A stretch of 62,320 nucleotides of DNA, counting the filler, from Platydemus manokwari (taxonomy: Eukaryota), in NCBI GenBank assembly GCA_037951405.1. It is 5 parts of 5 records of this genome, joined end to end, with 100 filler letters (N's around TTAATTAATTAA, not from the genome) between each part and the next. Parts side by side here need not be neighbours in the genome. Positions count along the whole stretch, not along the records: positions 27,367 to 42,989 come from JBBMOY011266985.1; positions 43,090 to 52,582 come from JBBMOY011241096.1; 3 more parts are not named here. One strand, given 5' to 3'. Positions 36,576 to 48,850 of the stretch are shown one piece after another (within the stretch, counting starts at the first letter, position 1; each line of letters starts with the position of its first letter). Below the pieces are notes generated by a model, which saw nothing but the letters and a program-made list of their open reading frames with translations, had not been told where the DNA came from and did not search any database. A program made the position numbers and the translations under genes.

Positions 36576-37531
36576 GGCTTAACTTAAAAAATGGGGCCCG
36601 AAAATAAAATTTTAAAATTGTGTAGTGTATTGCAAAAATCTATATAAATTATTTAATTAAATTCTTTAATAACGTTTTGAATTTTTTATATAACTACTTG
36701 AGTAAAATTTAAATTGTTTAGAATCAAATAATACATGCACAGGATTTTTAAAATCAATTATTTTAAAAATTAATTTTTAAAATAATTATTTAAAAAGCCC
36801 GTCAAAGCAGGTCAAAATGCAATTAATTATAAATTAGCGATGACCACTTCTTTTAACATTAGAAGCAATCACAATGATATCTAGGATTTTCAGAGTTATT
36901 TTATAAAAAAAAGTGACTACGAAATTATTGGGAAGTGCCAGGAACAAGATACTTGTTTTTTCTCTCAAAATAAGTGTAATAATATTTATTTAATAGATTG
37001 GATACATCGATTGCTAATGTGTCGATTTTGTAATGAAATGAAGATTTGACCCAAATCAAAAAAATCGTACAGGTGGAGATGCCACACATATATAACTTTC
37101 GGAATTCAAATAACGACTTGGGTCAACAAATCAGCCTTGTTTCTTTTCGATATCCATTAGTAAACTAACAATCAATAAATATTGACATTTTTTTTAAATA
37201 AGACCAACAATTAACAATTATTTATAGAGATACAGCAAAATTTGTAGATTATTATGCAATATAGAAATATCTTCGCATAGAAATATTATTGAAGATCTAA
37301 ACATTATCGTAGAAATTATCGGGGAATGTTTTGAAAGTGCCAAAGATAGTAGCAGGCATCGAATACATGATTTTTGATTGTTAGAGTTGATTATTTGTTA
37401 GTAATCTAAAATTGAATTTCATGTAAAAATTTCTATAAAGTATGATTAAAAATAAATTTTAATATAAAAAAACTTACGAAAAGTCATTACTTTAAAATTG
37501 AGTCAAAGGACCCGTTTTCCTAACTTAAGCT
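36576..37531. mobile_element. MITE copy 2 (same family as 3182-4127) with 8-bp TSD AATAAATA
   Basis: AATAAATA|GGCTTAACTTAAAAAATGGGGCCC ... GGACCCGTTTTCCTAACTTAAGCT|AATAAATA. Confidence 0.82.
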
Positions 37532-38374
37532 AATAAATATATTAATGATTTAGAAATAAGAAAAAAATCAATAAATTAATTCGTTCTAACAAATAAAGAA
37601 AAAGCAAAAATATTTCTATTAGCACTTGAAAAAATATAGTTAATTTATCGTGCAAACCAAGAAGTTTCTGAAAATAAAAGAAAAAATTTCGACGACAGCT
37701 TTTAACTCTTTTAATATAACAACAAGTAATTATTGTCTCATACTTGAACTTTTATCCAGAGTTCAAATTCATATCTAAAGAGAGTGCAAATGTAAAGCAT
37801 TTTTTTCTAAGTGGTAGTCAAAATTGTGTTTGTTGTATTTATAATGAAATTAATAAAATATTTCATTTGAAACGTCTTCAATTCCGTGTACACAAAGTTA
37901 TTATTTGTAGCGTTATTTCATTAATTGTTGATAAATTCTAATATACTATTGTTTTTTATACTCTACTTGAGTGAGAGTGCGGTTTGTTATGATTGGTTTT
38001 ACAGAGACTTTATAAACAGGATTAGTTTTGGAGGAATAAATTTAAAATTATTAGATGAAGTTTTAGTTTTTTTCTTATTATGCATAAGTTTTACTTTATA
38101 TATTTATTTTCAATTTATATTTAAAATTATTTTATTTCAAGTAATTAGTATATAAAAGATTACCCTAAGACCTATCGAATGTTATAAACTTTTGTTACAT
38201 ATCATTATTAATATTACTTGTTTTATATCTTATTTTATATCTTTCCAAATTTTGTACTAGATGTCAGATTAGATACTTTGATTTAGAAAGTTAATTATTT
38301 TTAAAATTGCAAATAATTATAACCGGACAGAAAAATTAAATAAAATCGCAATTTAAGAATTAAAACAGAATAAA

Positions 38375-39185
38375 TTTTATTTAAGTACTTGAGTAAAATG
38401 ATAGTTATTTAGAATCAATAATATATGCACCGGATTTTTAAAATCTCCTTTAAATTAATTATTTGAAAAACCTGTCCAAGTAGGTCAAAATGCAGTTAAT
38501 GGAAAATCAACGAAGACCACTTATTTTAACGTTAGAAGCAATTAGAATGATATCTAAGATTTTCAGAGTTATTTTATAAGTAACTTTAAAAAGTGACTGC
38601 TAAATTATTGAGGAGTGCCAGGAACAATGTACTTGTGTTTTCTCTCAAAATAAGTATATTAATATCTATTTAATAGATTGGATACAAAGATCCCAAACTT
38701 GTCGATGTTATAATGAAATGAAGATTTAATCAAAATCAAATAAATTGTACAGGTGAAGATGCCACAAATATAAAAGTCTCGGAATTCAAATAGGAGCTTG
38801 CCCCTTTTTGATATTCTGAATAAAGTATTTTTGGTGCAAGGTGCTCACACAAAAAATTATATTTAAAAACATATTATACTTACAAATTCATTAGTAAACT
38901 AACAGTCAACAATTGTTGACCATTTTTATTAAAATAAAACCATCAATTTATTGATTTACAACAAAATTTGTAGATTCCTCGCCAATCAAGAAATATCTTG
39001 CCATAGAAATATATTTTAAGGTCCAAATAATGTGGTAGAAATTGCCAAGGAATATTTTGAAGACATAATATATTTTTAATCTAAAATTGAATTTTAAGTC
39101 AAAATTTCAAAGAATAACGATTAGAAATAAATTATTATATCAAATGTTATATCACGAAAAGTCATTACTTTAAAATTGGGTCAAA
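38375..39185. mobile_element. MITE copy 3, truncated (TIRs lost)
   Basis: The interior matches copies 1 and 2 (e.g. TCTCTCAAAATAAGT, GATGCCACAAATATA, CGAAAAGTCATTACTTTAAAATTGGGTCAAA). Confidence 0.75.
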
Positions 39186-39619
39186 TTCATTTTGCATAAA
39201 ATTAAATTGTGGTCAATTTCTTAATAAAGAAAATAAAAATAATAAATTGTTGTTAATATTTATAACAATAATGTTTTGTTTTATCAATTTTGTTTCTTGG
39301 CCAGATAAATAAGGATAATTTATTATTTTTCTATAATCAGACATTTAAATGAATAGAACTATTTAGTTGTTAGGTGCAAACTCTCAAATTATTTAATGGT
39401 TATTTGATATTTTATTAGGGATGACATTTATTTCTAGGTATTTTATTTAATTGATTTTTATTTTAAATTGATTCTTCCTCTTGAATATATCAAACAATTA
39501 TTGAGTAATAATTATAATAAATATTAATATTTTATATCTACGAAATATAAATCATCCATATAGGCCTTTTTCCAGAAAAAGGTTTTTTCAACCTGACTTT
39601 TATAAAATATTAAGATAAA

Positions 39620-41276
39620 TCATTCGACTTTAGAGTTTAATCGCATATAAAGCCCGTGCAATGAACAAATGAGAGAAAGGATATAGCATCACTTGAAAAG
39701 AATCACTCGGCATATACTATTTCTGTTTACATTTCGATCATTATCTGTATGATTAAAGAATCACACTTAGAATGGATCACAAAGCAATTAAATCAGTAGT
39801 AAAAAATAGAAATATATAGTACCACAAATTCAGATGTGGCTGAATTATCTTAATACATATTTAGACATCAACATGATATTTATAAAGGATTACTTATATA
39901 CAAATATGTTCTCCAGAAATACTATGACATATATGGACAAAATTAGCAGGAAATACCAGTATCTGACACCAAAACCTACATAAAATAAAGCAATAAGTAG
40001 TAAGAAAGTTCACCTCAATGAACTCTAAGAATATAGCTATTGATCTTTGACGGCCAGGTACAAAATTATTTTTACATATTTGTTGGATGAGCCCCCACAA
40101 CATAACATGTAAAATAACAATAACATTTTTACAACACAACATGTAAAATAACCTAGTGTACATATAACCCAGTATATATATAATTGCATGCAAGTGACAT
40201 AACCCATATAATATAACCTAGTGCATGCATACAGCTTGAGCACCACATAGCCCAACGTATACATAACAGTAGCAATGGTGATAACCCTGATTATAAACTG
40301 ACCAGAGAAAAAACAAAAGAACATGCTCAATAAGGACAGGCCGGCCAGTAACAATCCAATCAACAGTCCCGTTTAACAATAATAACAATAAATCGAATAT
40401 TGATTGATTTTGCAATTTTGCTTGCTTTTGATATCTGTTATTAGCTCGAATAATAAACACTTAATGCAACTTTTGTAATTGTATATACCGTATTAAACAA
40501 TTATTAATTATTTCTGATATGCTATTAAATATGGTAATAAACTTTAATCTCTGATATGATATTAAATTATTGATTTATTTATTATGGTGTATTATATGTG
40601 AAAGCGGACAAAGAAGACGATGCGAGAGAAGAGTCGATAGCGCGAATGAATGTAGCTTGATAATTAAATAATATAAAATAAATAAATAATAATTAATCAA
40701 ATTAATAGAAAAAAAAATTAATATAAAGTACAAAAGGTTTAATTAGACCAATTTAGATCAATTAAAATAGGCATGTTAAAATAATTACCTAAATAAATTA
40801 TGTGATACAATTAGTAATCCCAAGGTGTGAAATAAACCAAATTAGGTGTGAGAAAAGTGGTGGTTAAGCGTGAAAGAAAAACAGGTAAGATAAAACGCAT
40901 ATAAATACCAGCACTGATAGAGAACCACCACCATTAAATTTATCACAGCGAATCACATCTATAACTGTCAGAAACTAATTATTGATTTTCAACGGACGAA
41001 CAGTCAAATTATGGAATCACTATCAGCAGCATTGTTCGAATCTGTTATCGAAAATTACGTGTTGACATATTATCGAAGATACGCTTGGAGCTACTATATC
41101 ATAGTTGGCTCGTTATTGAAACGTTGGAGCTATTATCCAGAATTTTTGGGAGCATTTGCGGATCTAGCCGATTACTTATTTTTCGAGAATTTAATAGTAA
41201 GAGTTTTTCTTTTCTTTTTCATTCATTTACGCTCACATTTATTAATTAATAACTTAATTGGTCATTTATGATAACA
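39620..41276 (+). mobile_element. 3' remnant of a Ty3/Gypsy element: RNase H fragment, antisense ORF, LTR-like segment
   Basis: IAYKARAMN..EKGYSIT.KES.GI...HFDHYLY...LRMDHKAI is a Gypsy RNase H pattern. A TG...CA segment at ~40588-41276 contains TATAAATA. LTR limits are approximate. Confidence 0.6.
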
Positions 41277-42004
41277 ATTCAATTGTTAAAATATTTATTC
41301 GCTATGGATAATTAAATCTCCTGCTTTGTCGAAATAAATAAAGGCGGATATCTAAGCATAAATTTCGAAGGTCTAGTGAATTCAATTTTCCATTAAATTG
41401 TAGTAAATTTTCTAACTTTTAATAACTGTTTTTCATTTACGTTATTCCCTTTAATTTTAAATATTTTGTTTGAATCTATTTCTTTTGTAATAATATATTC
41501 TGTTCAAATATCAATAATATTTTCAAATATAATTTCAATTACTATTTGAAACTTATTACCATCATCCCCAAAAATGAAATTTAAAATATTATCAGTTCTG
41601 AAATATAAGAAATAATATTTTTTTCTGGAGAATGTTTAATGAATATACAAAATTAATTACAAAGTGACAAGTAATTTTAAAAAATTAAACGGAATTTTCC
41701 CAATAAAATTTTGATTGACTATTTTTACATGCTTCTTTTGAATCCGCGTGCATCAATCCTATAATAATTATATAAATGGTTTGAGTGAATATTTTGGTTT
41801 TTACACAAGATCAAAGAGTTTTATATTTAATATTTTTATTTTTAATAAAATGTTATTGATAATATTAAATCATAATATTCGTTAAAATCTTTCCGAGTCA
41901 CAAATCTTGATAAATTTTATTAATAATAACAATGAATTTTAACATAATTGATGTATAGAAATATCAAATTACAAATTGACTCTGCTGAGTTTAAAATAAA
42001 TCCT

Positions 42005-42125
42005 TACAGATTCAACATTTTTACGACATTTTAGGACATTTGACAAATTTCTCATAACAACCACTGCAAAACACGTGATCGCATGTTATATAGTTATATC
42101 ATCGGTCTTGCAAACATCGCATTCC
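42005..42125 (-). pseudogene. Frameshifted C3HC4 RING finger (IAP-type C-terminal RING)
   Basis: ECDVCK...TCDHVFCSGCYEKFVKCPKCRKNVES, recovered across two frameshifts. Confidence 0.6.
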
Positions 42126-42554
42126 TATTTTATAAAAAAATTGAAATCGATAATACTCTAATGAATAAACATTGTTTTGTCCTGTTTCAGTGTTACTAAT
42201 TATAGAGCATATTTTCAATGCATCATCTGATGATTGCCCTGAAAATTATCTTGAAAACACATTGAAATCTTTCTTAATTTCTTATAAGATTCTATAGTAA
42301 TTTTTACTGCCTTCTCCTTTTCTTCCATAAACAATGATTTTTGGAATGACTTTCTTCACAATCGATGCCATTTCTAGTTGACAAACCAGCTTCAAAGGTG
42401 ATTCATTTTTTTCAAATTTGTGCTGAATCTGAGCTAGAACCCTCTTTTTCTATCTACTATAAGCATAAATAAAGTTAAATAATTGTAATTTATGTGTTTT
42501 ATTTAGATATTAAAGTCATAAAATTACTTCTAATTAAAAAAATATTCATTTAAA

Positions 42555-42737
42555 ATGAATGAACCCAATTTGGAATTTCATTGTACAGTATGTGTTAAAT
42601 ATTTTAAAAATAAAACAGCTTTAATTTCTCATAAAAAATCAATCCTTCATTTAATAGAAGCGGGGGAAATAAGAGCAAGAAAAGGTAAATTAAATAATGA
42701 TTTTAAAAAATGGATTTATAAAAATGGATCCAAATAA
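42555..42737 (+). CDS. Small single C2H2 zinc-finger protein
   Basis: FHCTVCVKYFKNKTALISHKKSILH. Confidence 0.6.
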   Translation: MNEPNLEFHCTVCVKYFKNKTALISHKKSILHLIEAGEIRARKGKLNNDFKKWIYKNGSK

Positions 42738-42989
42738 AATCAGATATGATGTTTATACTAACGATAAATTATCAGTAATCGATATTAATATTCGTTATCC
42801 TGATCAAAAAAATAAATTAGAATCTTCGTGTGATCCTAAATTAGGAGCTAGTAATGTAGGTTTATGTAATTTATGTTATGTTAATGATAGAAAATGTAAA
42901 GGTCATTATGGCAAATTAACAACAGATAAGATAATACCTAGACCTACTATAATAGGTAGTAGAGTTTTTAATAAATTTTTAAAATATAT
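42724..42989 (+). CDS. Divergent DNA-directed RNA polymerase largest subunit (Rpb1/beta' domain 1) N-terminus, truncated by a gap
   Basis: DPKLGAS-x4-C-x2-C-x6-CKGHYGKL matches the clamp zinc motif DPRLG...C-x2-C-x6-CPGHFGHI. The upstream INIRYPD resembles AKIRFPE. Confidence 0.72.
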
Positions 42990-43899
42990 NNNNNNNNNNN
43001 NNNNNNNNNNNNNNNNNNNNNNNNNNNNNNNNNTTAATTAATTAANNNNNNNNNNNNNNNNNNNNNNNNNNNNNNNNNNNNNNNNNNNNTATTCTAACTA
43101 CTTCAAATCGAACGTAACCAATCGTTTGGAGTCCGATTGGCATTATACGAGCACAGTAACATCTAAAAAAGTGCAACCAACTCAAAACCACCAATAATCC
43201 ACCAAACCTCTATATCTGTAAAAAACCAATAAATATATGGTCACTGATTTTATCTGGTTTTCCGTATCTTTGGTGATCTTGTGGCTTGGTTCATGTAATT
43301 GTAACCTATGCATATTAATTCATTGTCCAAACAAAATTTCTCTGTTACCACCATGTCTCGGACATTACTAATAATCGTTTCGCCCATGCCATTTACCGAG
43401 TGTTTGTATGGTATTCTTGCTTTATTCCAAAACGTATCGCTAATCATTTCATTTTCTTCCATTAATGAAACTACCCCGATCAATGAGCAATGATTTTGGA
43501 GCACCATACCCATAGATACATTAATTGATGATAGACTTGAAAATGTTGGGATCCCAATCTAACATTCATTGGTAATAATTATCAGAGAATATATTCCCAA
43601 ACACATGTACATAAAAAACAATATATAACGTCTTTATATTTCCAATTGTAGTTACACTGCATTTACATAAAAACAATTCATATAGACATAATACCCTAGT
43701 CTATGGACCACATCAAAATATTTACTACAGTGATCTAGCTGAGTTCTCAATCCAATCCAGCCCAGAGCAGTAATAATCCCTGTAACAATCATGATCATTG
43801 TGCTGATACTTATAACAATTACATTATTTTGGTTTTCTGTATTGACACTTTTATGTTGAATAATCTTTGTGAAAACGTATTTATGTTACAATCTTTATA

Positions 43900-44540
43900 A
43901 TGTAACGAGGTGGAGGAGAGAGAGATAGGAGAGATTGCCAAAATAAAATAAAAAACATAAATAATAAATATAGGAGATAAATAATAATGAATATATGTAT
44001 AAGTATAAGAAATAAATAATAAAATAATAATAATAATAATAAAAGTACATCATATTTACAATAATGAAAACAGCATGGAATACAATTATCACGAATAGGT
44101 AACTGATTAGAATGGAATGTCGACAAAACGCAAATTAATTATCAACGGTAACAGTGTTACCAAAAATAGAAGGAGGAGGCTGGTCCAGCAAGGTATAAAT
44201 ACCGAGATGAAAACAAAGCCAAACACACAGCAAAAACTTCACCACAGTAAAAACACGAACGGATTAAAGCTTTCATCTACGAGTCGGAATATAATTTGTC
44301 AACAACCAACGTGCGGAGAGAATATATTTGGAAGAGAAACGTTCAAAGAGGTAACTAATTTCATACTTTTTGAAAAACAAACTAGAGCAGGGTAAGGTCC
44401 TTTTTTATTGTAGTAATTTTATGATCCATCATTTTTAGAGTCATAATTTCAATTAATAATATAATAATAATATAACATTTTTGATTGTAACATTTAAATT
44501 ATATTAGCCATTGATAATAATCGTTAATTGATAGTAACAT
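43900..44540 (+). mobile_element. LTR-like segment preceded by an antisense membrane ORF relic (43250-43860)
   Basis: TGTAACG... start, internal TATAAATA and ...TAACA end; same layout as 39620-41276. Boundaries are approximate. Confidence 0.4.
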
Positions 44541-45049
44541 TACACAGCCATATTTGTCTACGACTATATATTTTGCCAATAACTCTCTTTTATTCAACAT
44601 ATCTTTCTTCCGTCCGCTTCGGACTTTGCTGGCTACTTGCTGAGGCAACGTGCCGGCCATTCATTCATATTTTTGTGTTATAATTTCAGTTCTGTTCCGT
44701 TGTTCTTTCTGAAAAAATATATCTATAAAGATATAATCTTTTTGATTTGGAGATAGATTTATACAGAAATCAACCGACTCATAAAAATTAATTTGCGTAA
44801 AAACTCCAAGACACTTTTGTACAATAATTAAAATGGTTGATTAATTTATTCAAGTTTGCAGCGTCGTCAACCAGCTTCGTCATCACCAAGGTGAAATAAC
44901 TCCATCCATTAAACTAACCTTTAGATAACCATATTTCTAGTAGTAAGGTCTCCATCCATACCCGCTATTGAAGCCCCTCATAGGACCAGTAAAATAAGCT
45001 AAAATACAGCACAATAACAAAAAATATTTATTTAATAAAAATACCAGTA

Positions 45050-45565
45050 TTGTCTTGTCGAATAAATGGCACTAAGCTTGCTAACTTAATGAATCTTTCA
45101 ACAATAACCAAGAGATACTTGGTTTTAGTTATAAATTCTCTAAAGTGCGAAACATTCAACCACAATCTGTTCAAAAGAACAGACTATCTTTAGCACAAAT
45201 ATCACAATTCCGTACTTCACGTTCGATGCTTTGTGATATATTTGGCCACAAGTAAATCTTGTGACTGTAATCAACCAATTTCTTATTACCGATATAGTAC
45301 AACACCTCATGAAGGCATCTTGTTAGTTTCTGCGAATGAACCCCTAACACAACAATTCGCTTATTTCTATTCTCATTATATACTACCATATCTTTAAACA
45401 GTTCGTATTTCTCTAAAGTGTTAAAATTTTTGCTTTTCTAGACTGCTTAATTGATTTTTGTTTCCGTTTTCTGTAACCATTTTCGAATGGAACAAATGAC
45501 AGTATTATCGGGATAATATACCCACTCAGGCTACAAGCCTTATAATATAATATATTTTACAATAC

Positions 45566-45596
<31 letters not shown>

Positions 45597-48500
45597 CAAT
45601 ATAAATTCACATTGATTAAAATGCAGGCGTGTGGTCGAAATTATATTAATAATAACCAGAAAATTAAAAAAATTATTAATTCACCTTGCCATGGCATTAA
45701 TAAGCGTAGCAAGAGAAATTCAAATATAAATTCAAATTTCCATGACAACTGTGGATATTTCCAAGGAAATTAGAAAATAAAAAATAAAATTAGTCATTGG
45801 CTCACTTCCCAAATTACTATAAATACTGAAGCAAAATTCAGTATTTTCACCACAAACTTAACTAATTCTAAGCGTAATTATCAATTCAATACTCGGCGGA
45901 CCTTATATCTAAATTTTATATTCATCAACATTATATGCCAACTTAGCAAATGGTAAAATTTATTTGTTCACTTAACAAACTGATGTCATTCAACGAAAGT
46001 AGAATTGTTGTCAGCAATTAATACGTCTCGCAAATTTGTGATTGAATTTGTGAGTATTAAAAAAAAATTTCTTTAGTTTGTATACAGCAGTGGGAAGCCA
46101 CTTAGTTCCTTCCGGCGGTTTTTCATTACTGATAAAACTCTTCAGAGCACGATAAGCTTCTCTCTAAAATCTAATAACATTGCACATTTGATAATTTGTA
46201 ATATAATAAAGTAGGGTATCATAGCCTTATTATTTTCAGTATTTATATTAAAATACATGCAACCTAATAAATCTGTGAAATTTCAGAAGTTTCAATCTCT
46301 AACTCACGGTCTTACACCGAATAATGTAGTAAATTATGGATTGAAAAATCGTTGATTTATTTTTAATCAATCATCAAAGAACCCGAACCTACCAGTTTCC
46401 ATCAGTATTTTCTTGTTGAATCTTTCTTAGTCCGTCATTATTTGCAATGGAACGCTCAACATAAAAAATAAACCGACTTTTTTTGCTTGTCTTCTTTAGT
46501 TGCTTGGTGCTAAGTTAAGCACTGTAAACAAAATGATTCACCTTTCTTTGAGAGTCCATTCTTATTTCCCTGAATTGATCCCTTCGAAATTGAATCCGGA
46601 TGAGTTTGCAAACAGTTTTTAAAACTGAGGGCTAGCCGTTTTGTTGGTTTTCTTCATGTATGTCAATGCTTTGTGACCAGTGGGAGTCACAAATTTCTTT
46701 CCTAGCAGATAATGTTTAAACTAAAGGATTGTCAAAAGTTTCTTCCTCATGACGCGATAACCTTTTTAATGACAATTAAGAGTTCTAGAATCATAGGGTA
46801 TTACTTTCTCTTTCACCGTGTTATACAAATGGCTTGAAACGGCGTCAATCACTCCGAAACCAGAATCGGTGTCTAAAATCATCTCTTTATTTGGATCAGG
46901 AAAGGGTAAAATTGTTCCTTTATGTTTCCAAAAGTTTCCTCACACTCTGCAGTCCACTCCAATTTCTTGTCACTTCCAGTCATCATAGCATATAACGGAG
47001 CCGTAACTAATGCGTAATCCTTGATAAATCATCTGTAATAATTGCATAATCCTACGAAGGACTTTAGCTGAGTGATCCAATATGGTTTTATTGCTTCCTT
47101 AATCTTCTGTTCCTTGTTGTTATTAGTTTCTATACCTTTTACATTAACTACATGAACAAAGAATTTCAATTTTCTAGTTCAAAAACACATTTTTGGGAAT
47201 TGATTTTCTAAACTGATGATTTAATCAATTTTAAGTCGAGTTTCTCATTGTTTTCTTCTATTGTTCTTCCATACATTAAAATATTGTGCAGATAAAGAAG
47301 AATGTTATTGTTGATAAAATCCTTAAATATCGCATTCATTAGGTTCTGAAACTTGCAGGCGCAGTACATAATGTAAAAGGTAGTCTATTAAAATAAAGTG
47401 CCCAGTTCTAGTTCTGAAAGTCGTGTTTAACTTAGAATCTTCCTCAAGTTCGACTTGATAATATGCTTGGCCTAAGTCTATGGTGGAGAAAACTGTCGCG
47501 CCATTCATCGAGTCCAATAACGTTTGGATATCAGGTACCAGAAAAGAAAACCTCTCTCTCTCTCTCTGTTCGTTTAATTTTCGGAAGTCTAAACACATCA
47601 TGATTGATCCATCTTTCTTTGAAACAACGACCAACAAAGAGTTCCAAAGGCTTTTCAAGGAGTTATGACATTACTTTCAAGATTTTCTACCAACCATTGA
47701 ATTTTGCTAAATTCATCCAAATTTTTCTAAATTTATCGGTTTTCTTTCTGGGGTTTTGCTCAATAGGTTCCTCTTTTATTCGGATCTCTTGCTTGATCAA
47801 ACCTGTTAGTCTTATTTCAAAATAAGACGCCATAAAATTGAGCCATTTTCTTTTATATAGCTATTTAATAAAATATCATTCTTAACAGCAATACTCTTCA
47901 GTGTCATTTTGATTATGTCTTGGTGATTGTATTTCCTCCCGATGTCCTTGGTATCAATTGACTTTATCCCTGCAAGGAATAATCCATAAGTCTGGTGAAA
48001 TATCTTCTACCACAACGATCTTACTAGAATTTTGTTCCAAATTATTGGGATACTTATTTTTCTTAGACACAATCATGTGTATTGGAGAATACACCAACTT
48101 GTCGAACATCAGAATATTTAATCTGCGGTTCTCCAATCGCTCTCAATTATTAGTGTTATAGATGCACCAGATTCCCATAACATTTCAATATGTGTACAGT
48201 TGCATTCAATTTTACTCGAATGTCTACCAACTGCTTTCTGATACATCTTTGAGTGCTTTCTCTTCCTTTTGCAGTCTTTCTTTTTCACTTTTATTCTATC
48301 TCTAGTTAATATATGTTCTATTGACTCAATCCCACTGACGAGATAGGCACATGAGGTTGATGCCAGGTTTTTCTGATTCATGGAAAGTGAGATAATATAA
48401 CCGCCTGTTTCACTTTCATTCATAATATCGGCTTCACCTTTTTCGTCATATTAAACATTTTTCCGCAGTGGACATTCAATCATCCAGTGTCAAAATTCAC

Positions 48501-48850
48501 CGCAGCAAAAGCAAGCTCCTGGTTTTAAATATTTACTACATGTTGTGAGTTTTCCTCTACAATCGTTGCAAAATTTAGACTCAAGAGACTTCATTGACCT
48601 TGTTGGTCTTGTATTGTTTGGAAATTTCATGTGATTAACTGATGCACGATGATATTCCTTTACACCAAAATCTCTTTCCTGCACTATTGGACTTATTGTA
48701 AGAAGTCTTTTTCTAAAGTTTTTTCTCGGGTCACTTTGAAATCCCGACTGAGAATGTCGTACTGGAGTTAACTCCTTCAAATTGACAGTCAACTCTCTTT
48801 TCCTATAGTCAGATGTTGCAGAGTTGAGAGTAAAGGACTCTTTCAATTTT
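45050..48850 (-). mobile_element. Degenerate Ty3/Gypsy gag-pol (CCHC, protease, RT, RNase H, integrase zinc finger)
   Basis: CFCCGEF.HW..ECP; LWESGASITLI; WNS.LVVVSKKDGSIMMCLDFRKLN...FSTIDLGQAYYQV; ILDTDS; LGKKFV..TGHKAL; H...WPNI...VRNCDIC, in Gypsy domain order. Confidence 0.88.
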
